A program made the translations under genes and the position numbers. From Patescibacteria group bacterium (GTDB lineage Bacteria > Patescibacteriota > Patescibacteriia > Buchananbacterales > UBA6539), in NCBI GenBank assembly GCA_034003985.1, contig JAVEXP010000001.1, forward strand, positions 1,574 through 65,573: DNA of 64,000 bases, given 5' to 3'. This document shows, in pieces, positions 58,376-64,000 of this stretch. Position 1 is the stretch's first letter. Every line of letters begins with the position of its first letter. Under the pieces are notes generated by a model. It was given only the letters and a program-made list of their open reading frames with translations. It was not told the DNA's origin and searched no databases.

Positions 58376-58744
58376 ATGATAAAAATTGAAGGTAAAATAA
58401 AACCAGGTAAACAACAGGGACGACGACTGGGCTTTCCCACAATAAATATCGTCATCCCGAAACAAATCAAGTCGGAACAGTGGGGGATTTATTTTTCATT
58501 GGTTCGGATCAACGATCGAGTTTATCCCGGGATTACCCATCTGGGTCCGGTTAAAACTTTTAGTCTTGGCCGAAAGACCTGCGAAACTCATTTGTTGGTT
58601 GCCAGCCAAGATTGGTATGGTCAGCAGGTAACCAAGCGTTTGCTGTTTAAGTTTCGGGATATCGAGAAATTTCCCAATATTAAATTATTGCGAAAACAGA
58701 TCAGGCGAGATGTTAAAGCTGCCAAAAAATTTTTTGGTTTATAA
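58376..58744 (+). CDS. stand-alone riboflavin kinase (RibF C-terminal-domain type)
   Basis: 122 aa. GRRLGFPTINI matches the flavokinase GxxLGFPTANL motif, with a downstream E.H..(ETHLL) motif. Confidence 0.7.
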   Translation: MIKIEGKIKPGKQQGRRLGFPTINIVIPKQIKSEQWGIYFSLVRINDRVYPGITHLGPVKTFSLGRKTCETHLLVASQDWYGQQVTKRLLFKFRDIEKFPNIKLLRKQIRRDVKAAKKFFGL

Positions 58745-58760
58745 TTGATTTTAATTTTTT

Positions 58761-59666
58761 ATGATAAATAAAATTTGGCCGGTGTTATTCATTATGGCAG
58801 CGGCGTTTCTTTGGGCTTTAGACGGTATTGTTTGGCGCCCGGCATTATATGTTTTGCCGGTTAGTTTGGTGGTGTTGGTAGAACACGGTTTGGCATTTAT
58901 TTTCATGCTGCCATTTTTAATTTGGGAATTTAAGGAATTAAAAAAACTTAAACGGTCGGATTGGGGGGCTTTAGTTTGGGTGGCTTTATTCGGCGGTGCT
59001 TTGGGAACAATGTTTATTACTAAGGCTTTGTTCTATGTTAATTTTGTGAATTTGTCGGTGGTGGTTTTGATTCAGAAATTGCAGCCAATTTTCGCTTTAT
59101 TGCTGGCCTGGGTGGTTCTAAAGGAAAAGTTGCCAAAAAAGTTTTTTGGCTGGGCGATTTTGGCAATCGGGGCAACCTACTTGGTGGCGTTTGACGGATT
59201 GGTACCAAATTTAAATACCGGAAACAAAACTCCATTGGCCGCTTTATTGGCTTTGGGTGCGGCTTTTGCCTGGGGGTCTTCAACGGTTTTTAGCAAGCGA
59301 GCTTTGGCGGCGATTAACTTTCGCGTTGGAACTTATTTACGGTTTGGCCTGACTACTTTGATTATGCTGATTATTGTTTCGGTTAATACCGAGATTAAGG
59401 CGATTAGTTTAATTACCTGGAATCAATTTTTGATATTTTTGCTGATTGTTTTTTCTTCCGGCGGTTTGGCGATGTTGTTATATTATTACGGTCTAAAAAG
59501 AGTGAGGGCTTCAGTTTCCACCATTGCTGAATTGACTTTTCCGTTGTCGGCCATCCTGCTGGAGTTTTTGATCCGCGGTTCCTGGCTGTCTTTGACCCAG
59601 TGGTTTGGGGCAGCTTTGATGATTCTAGCCATCTACAAAGTATCGTTAATTCAAAAGGAAATATAA
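58761..59666 (+). CDS. EamA/DMT-family 10-TM transporter
   Basis: 301 aa. Two 5-TM EamA-like repeats. Confidence 0.65.
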   Translation: MINKIWPVLFIMAAAFLWALDGIVWRPALYVLPVSLVVLVEHGLAFIFMLPFLIWEFKELKKLKRSDWGALVWVALFGGALGTMFITKALFYVNFVNLSVVVLIQKLQPIFALLLAWVVLKEKLPKKFFGWAILAIGATYLVAFDGLVPNLNTGNKTPLAALLALGAAFAWGSSTVFSKRALAAINFRVGTYLRFGLTTLIMLIIVSVNTEIKAISLITWNQFLIFLLIVFSSGGLAMLLYYYGLKRVRASVSTIAELTFPLSAILLEFLIRGSWLSLTQWFGAALMILAIYKVSLIQKEI

Positions 59667-59679
59667 CTTTTCAGGTATT

Positions 59680-59708
59680 TGGTCAATTCGGTAGAAATGT
59701 GTTATAAT
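59680..59708 (+). promoter_or_regulatory. sigma-70-like promoter (TGGTCA-17-TGTTATAAT) for receiver-pilB2-pilC2 operon
   Basis: Extended -10 TGtTATAAT with 17-nt spacing to a -35-like hexamer, about 45 nt upstream of the receiver gene. Confidence 0.35.
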
Positions 59709-59752
59709 AAAAAAATAAAACCGGTGATTTAATATTTTATATTTAATAAGGA

Positions 59753-60127
59753 ATGACTCAAAATCCTAGCAAGTTTTTAATCATTGAAGACGATAAATTT
59801 TTGGCCAAAATGCTGTCCAAAACTTTTGAAGATAATGGTTATCAGACAACCTTGGCCAGTAGCGGCAGTGAAGGGCTGACTAAATCGGAAAGTGAGACAT
59901 TTAATTTGATTTTATTGGATATCATGTTGGGTGATGTTGATGGGTTTGAAGTCCTTCAAAAGATCAGAGCCAGCGATAAAAACAAAAAGACTCCGGTAAT
60001 CATATTGTCAAACCTTGGCCAGCCCGAAGATATCGAGCGGGGGAGAAAATTGGGAGCTTCGGATTATTTGGTTAAAAGCGATTTGAGTCTTGATAGTGTG
60101 GTGGCCACTGCCCGGAAATATTTATAA
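59753..60127 (+). CDS. stand-alone CheY-like response-regulator receiver domain (second copy)
   Basis: 124 aa. FLIIEDDKF, LILLDIML (acceptor Asp), IILSNL, DYLVKS. No output domain. Confidence 0.85.
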   Translation: MTQNPSKFLIIEDDKFLAKMLSKTFEDNGYQTTLASSGSEGLTKSESETFNLILLDIMLGDVDGFEVLQKIRASDKNKKTPVIILSNLGQPEDIERGRKLGASDYLVKSDLSLDSVVATARKYL

Positions 60128-60143
60128 TTTTGATAAAACAAAA

Positions 60144-61826
60144 ATGAAAATAACCAACGATCGGCTTAAATCGCTGGTTCGGCAATTGGATATTGTCCCC
60201 CAGGAACGGCTGGATGCGGCTTTTGATTATGCGGAGAAAAATCATCGTGATTTAAGCGAAGTGCTGGTGGAAAGTGATTTGGTCGCCGATGACAATTTGG
60301 GTCAGCTAATCGCCGATGCTTTGGGTTTTAAATTTGTTGATTTGGGTCGGGTGGCGATTGATGAGAAGGTTTTAAAAATAATTCCGCGGGTAATGGCCAA
60401 ACAGCAAAAGGCCATTACTTTCGCCCAGGATGCCGACGGGATAAAGTTGGCCATGGTTAATCCGGGCAATGTTAAATTGATCAATTTAATTGAAAAGAAA
60501 ACCGGCCAAACTGTAATTCCTTATTATACCACCCAAAAAAATATTGAAGACGCCTTAGCATTTTATCAAGAAGGCATCCAAAAAGAATTTTCCGAGATTA
60601 TCCAAGAAAATATCAGTCAGGCCAGCAGTGGCGCCCGGGCCGAAGATTTACCGATTATTAAAATTGTTGATACTCTTTTGGAGTATGCTTTCGAAAATAA
60701 AGCCTCTGATATTCACATTGAACCAGGCGATAATAAGACGCTGGTTCGTTTTAGAATTGACGGAATTTTGCATGATATTATTGATTTGCCCAAGAATTTT
60801 CACGAGTTGATAGTAACCAGAATAAAAATCATGGCTAGTCTGAGGACTGATGAACACCGAAGCGCCCAAGACGGCAAATTGCGCGCCGAATTGGGCGGAG
60901 GTAAAGTCGATGTTCGAATTTCAATTATTCCAATCGTTGAGGGGGAAAAGGTGGTGATGAGGCTGTTGGCGGAACATAATAGGCAGTTTGGTCTGGAAGA
61001 TTTGGGATTTTCCAGCCAGGATTTGGTGAAGCTTAAAAAGGAATATTCTAAACCCTACGGTTTAATCTTGGTTACCGGACCTACCGGTTCTGGTAAAAGT
61101 ACCACGCTTTACGCTGTTTTGAAAATTTTGAATCGTCGGGAAGTAAATATTTCGACCATTGAAGATCCGGTTGAATATGATATTGAGGGGATCAATCAGG
61201 TTCAGGTTAATCCCAAAACCAATTTAACTTTTGCCGCCGGATTGCGTTCGCTTTTGCGGCAAGATCCGGATATCATTATGGTTGGTGAAATTCGTGATCA
61301 AGAAACGGCTGATATTGCCATTAATTCCGCCATGACGGGCCATTTGGTTTTGTCTACTTTGCATACCAACGATGCGCCGACGGCGTTGCCGAGGTTTTTG
61401 AAAATGGGGATTCAACCTTTTTTGATCGCTTCAACCGTGAATATTATCATTGCTCAACGGTTGGTCAGAAAGATTTGCCCCAGTTGTGTAGCCAGTATTC
61501 AGACTAGCTCAGCCGAGCTGAAGGAAAAATTTTCCCCGGCGGTGATTGATAAATATTTTGGTCCGGACAAGAAGGACATCAGAATCTACCACGGTAAAGG
61601 CTGTCAGGTCTGTAACGGAACTGGTTATCAAAGCCGAGTAGGAATTTTTGAGGTGTTGGTTATTAGCGAAGCAATTCGTGATTTGATAATGCAGCGAACC
61701 AATGCCGATGAAATCAAACAGAAAGCGATTGAAGAGGGAATGTCAACCATGATTGAAGACGGCATCAAGAAAGTTTTGGCCGGAGTAACAACCATTGAAG
61801 AAGTTTTGAGGGCTACCCGAATTTAA
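60144..61826 (+). CDS. PilB/GspE-family secretion ATPase, second copy (ComGA-like context)
   Basis: Walker A LVTGPTGSGKSTTLY, Walker B IMVGEIRDQET, His box STLHTND, tetracysteine CPSC..CQVC. Start set to the ATG after the receiver-gene stop. Confidence 0.9.
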   Translation: MKITNDRLKSLVRQLDIVPQERLDAAFDYAEKNHRDLSEVLVESDLVADDNLGQLIADALGFKFVDLGRVAIDEKVLKIIPRVMAKQQKAITFAQDADGIKLAMVNPGNVKLINLIEKKTGQTVIPYYTTQKNIEDALAFYQEGIQKEFSEIIQENISQASSGARAEDLPIIKIVDTLLEYAFENKASDIHIEPGDNKTLVRFRIDGILHDIIDLPKNFHELIVTRIKIMASLRTDEHRSAQDGKLRAELGGGKVDVRISIIPIVEGEKVVMRLLAEHNRQFGLEDLGFSSQDLVKLKKEYSKPYGLILVTGPTGSGKSTTLYAVLKILNRREVNISTIEDPVEYDIEGINQVQVNPKTNLTFAAGLRSLLRQDPDIIMVGEIRDQETADIAINSAMTGHLVLSTLHTNDAPTALPRFLKMGIQPFLIASTVNIIIAQRLVRKICPSCVASIQTSSAELKEKFSPAVIDKYFGPDKKDIRIYHGKGCQVCNGTGYQSRVGIFEVLVISEAIRDLIMQRTNADEIKQKAIEEGMSTMIEDGIKKVLAGVTTIEEVLRATRI

Positions 61827-61828
61827 TT

Positions 61829-63055
61829 ATGCGATTCAAGTATATTGCCTTTGATGGCACCAATCAACTCAAAAAAGGTATAGTGGAAGCCGCCAATTTA
61901 AAAGAGGCCACCAGCCTGCTGATTGGTAAGGGTTGGTATGTTAGAAAAATTTCTCCTCAGGGTAAATTAGTCCATGGCGGCGCTAGTTTAAGTTTCGGCC
62001 GAGTGCCGTTGACCACCAAAGCCTTGTTCGTTAAGCATCTAGCGACAATGATAAAATCCGGCATCAATTTGTACGAAGCCTTGGAAGTGGTTGCCGAACA
62101 AACCGGTTCTCGAAAATTTAAACAGCTGATTACCGATGTACTGTCAATGATTAAAAAAGGCCAAAGCTTTGGCAATACTTTGGAAAAATATCCCAAAGAA
62201 TTTGATCCGCTGTTTGTAAATATTATCAAAGTCGGCGAGGAAAGCGGCACGCTTGAAGAGAATCTTGATTATTTGGCTAACGAGATGGAGGAACGGATAG
62301 AATTGCGACGCAATATTCAAGCGGCGGCGTTTTATCCGGCGATTGTTTTATTCGCGACTTTTGGATTGGGTTTAGTGTTAGCCTATTTTGTATTGCCAAA
62401 AATTACTAAATTATTTGATAGTTTGAATTTTAAATTGCCTTTTACTACCCGGTTATTGTTGGGGGTGGCCGAGCTGATGGATAAGCACGGTCTTTGGGTG
62501 ATAGCGATTACGGTCGGCAGTTTGATATTATTGCGACTGGTCTTAAAGCTCAAGGCGGTAAAGCCGTTATGGCATCGGGTGATGGTACGACTGCCATTGG
62601 TTGGCAATATTATCATCAATTATAATTTGGTGATTGTTAACCGGACTTTAGGGATTTTATTACGGGGTGGGTTAACCATTGATCGGGCTTTGACCATAAC
62701 CATTGGTACTACTAAAAATTATGAATTCAAACGACATCTCAGTAATGCTTTACCGCAGATTCAGCGCGGCAAAAGATTGGCCGATATTTTAGAAGCTCAG
62801 AAGCAATCGCGCCGACATCCGATTTTTCCGTTGCTGGCGACTAAAATGATTGGCGTTGGCGAACGCAGTGGCCGCTTGGAGGAATCTTTCAACTATTTGG
62901 CGGAATATTTTGAGAAAGAGGTTAGTAATGCCACTCGCAATCTAACCACCATCCTGGAACCGGTTTTGCTTTTGACAGTTGGTCTTATTGTTGGATTTGT
63001 CGCAGTTTCGGTCATTTCGCCGATTTATCAAATTACTTCTCAATTCAGGGGATAA
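61829..63055 (+). CDS. PilC/GspF-family platform protein, second copy (ComGB-like context)
   Basis: 408 aa. Two GspF repeats, 3 TM. Confidence 0.9.
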   Translation: MRFKYIAFDGTNQLKKGIVEAANLKEATSLLIGKGWYVRKISPQGKLVHGGASLSFGRVPLTTKALFVKHLATMIKSGINLYEALEVVAEQTGSRKFKQLITDVLSMIKKGQSFGNTLEKYPKEFDPLFVNIIKVGEESGTLEENLDYLANEMEERIELRRNIQAAAFYPAIVLFATFGLGLVLAYFVLPKITKLFDSLNFKLPFTTRLLLGVAELMDKHGLWVIAITVGSLILLRLVLKLKAVKPLWHRVMVRLPLVGNIIINYNLVIVNRTLGILLRGGLTIDRALTITIGTTKNYEFKRHLSNALPQIQRGKRLADILEAQKQSRRHPIFPLLATKMIGVGERSGRLEESFNYLAEYFEKEVSNATRNLTTILEPVLLLTVGLIVGFVAVSVISPIYQITSQFRG

Positions 63056-63073
63056 TGATTAATTATTTTTTTA

Positions 63074-63526
63074 ATGATGGCCAAGGGTTTTACGCTGGTA
63101 GAATTATTGATTGTGTTTGCCATTTTGGGGATAGTGGCCGTATTTAGCATTCCTTTTATCCAATCTTTCCAGGTGAGTTCGGATTTATACACTCAGGCCG
63201 ATACTTTAACCAAAACTCTCCGCCGGGCCAGACAGCAGGCCATTATCGGCCAAAATCAAGCCGCTTGGGGGGTTTATTTTGATAATGGCAACAAGGAGTT
63301 TATTTTGTATCAGGGAACTGATTTTATTTCCCGTGATTCAAGTTTTGATACAGTATTTGAATATCCCCCGACATTCGAGCTGTCGACCGATTTTGGCCAA
63401 GAAGTTAATTTTAGAGTTTTTTCCGGAGATGCTTCGGTTAGCGGCACTGTTATTTTGACCAGTACGAACAATCAAAGTAGCAGGATTAATATTAATGATT
63501 CGGGGTTAATTGAAATCAATGACTGA
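63074..63526 (+). CDS. prepilin-type pilin/pseudopilin
   Basis: MMAKGFTLVELLIVFAILGIVAV class-III signal sequence. 150 aa. Confidence 0.75.
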   Translation: MMAKGFTLVELLIVFAILGIVAVFSIPFIQSFQVSSDLYTQADTLTKTLRRARQQAIIGQNQAAWGVYFDNGNKEFILYQGTDFISRDSSFDTVFEYPPTFELSTDFGQEVNFRVFSGDASVSGTVILTSTNNQSSRININDSGLIEIND

Positions 63527-64000
63527 CAATACGATCAGGATCAACAAGGGTTTTAGTTTGGTGGAAGTAATTTTAGCCGTGGCGCTGTTTGGGATGTTTG
63601 CGACGGCTTTATTGGGATTGCTGATGAACTCATACGGCAGTGATGTTCAGGCTAGGCAGAAAGATTTGGCGACACTGTACGCCCAGGAAGGAATGGAGGC
63701 AGTTTGGTCAATTCGCCGGCAATCTTGGAATTTTTTAAATAACGGCACTTTTGGTTTGGATAACAGCGCCGGTTATTGGCAATTTTTAGAAGAAGCTGAT
63801 TTACTTGACGGCCGCTATACCAGAACCATAATAATCGCCGATGCCTGCCGTGATGGCGGAAGTAATTTAGTGGATTGCCTGACGCCAGGAGCAACAGTCG
63901 ATTTGTATGCAAAAAAAGTTATTTCTAAAGTAGACTATGCCTCAATTAATGGTATTGCTAATTCAGTTGAACTTTCGGCTTATTTGACAGCTTGGCAATC
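63519..64000 (+). CDS. pilin/pseudopilin-like protein, 5' part (runs off window end)
   Basis: MTDNTIRINKGFSLVEVILAVALFGMFATALLGL prepilin-like N-terminus. The frame stays open to position 64000. Not in the supplied ORF track because no stop lies within the window. Confidence 0.55.
   Translation, partial: MTDNTIRINKGFSLVEVILAVALFGMFATALLGLLMNSYGSDVQARQKDLATLYAQEGMEAVWSIRRQSWNFLNNGTFGLDNSAGYWQFLEEADLLDGRYTRTIIIADACRDGGSNLVDCLTPGATVDLYAKKVISKVDYASINGIANSVELSAYLTAWQ

Overview
Gene-dense bacterial chromosome segment, about 40-43% GC, with short intergenic gaps and many overlapping start/stop codons. The gene content suggests a reduced-genome, monoderm, CPR/Patescibacteria-like organism. This is an inference from content (no biosynthetic genes; pilus, competence and salvage genes dominate) and cannot be proven from sequence alone.

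Main contents:
- Housekeeping genes: metK, recG, radA, clpC-like, htpX with lemA, ligA, gatC/gatA, dsbA-like, dnaG, and rpoD with an unusual Lys-rich N-terminal tail.
- Six tRNA genes plus one decayed copy.
- A T4SS-like module (PrgI-like protein, a VirB4 that appears split into two ORFs, and a membrane protein) next to comFC. This looks like DNA-uptake machinery.
- A type IV pilus mega-locus of about 19 kb (22.2-41.3 kb): pilM, pilN, pilO-like, pilB, an orphan CheY-like receiver, a catalytically degenerate pilT-like gene, pilC, two pilins, an inserted block of three GT-C-type polytopic membrane proteins plus a SAM methyltransferase, a third pilin (paralogous to the second), pilD and four minor-pilin-like genes. 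Two large secreted proteins lie directly upstream; one carries a tail-fibre-like C-terminal module.
- A second receiver-pilB-pilC-pilin(s) locus at 59.7-64 kb. It has no pilM/N/O/T and resembles a comG-type operon.

Two compositional islands stand out:
- A high-GC (about 55%) islet carrying glgC, with a G-rich structured leader.
- An AT-rich (about 30% GC) islet of about 2.4 kb carrying a Type II N6-adenine methyltransferase and a putative restriction endonuclease. It is inserted beside a tandem tRNA-Ser array, with a degenerate tRNA 3'-end direct repeat at the far border.

Coordinates I derived myself (tRNAs, promoters, terminators, repeats, trimmed starts) may be off by 1-2 nt.
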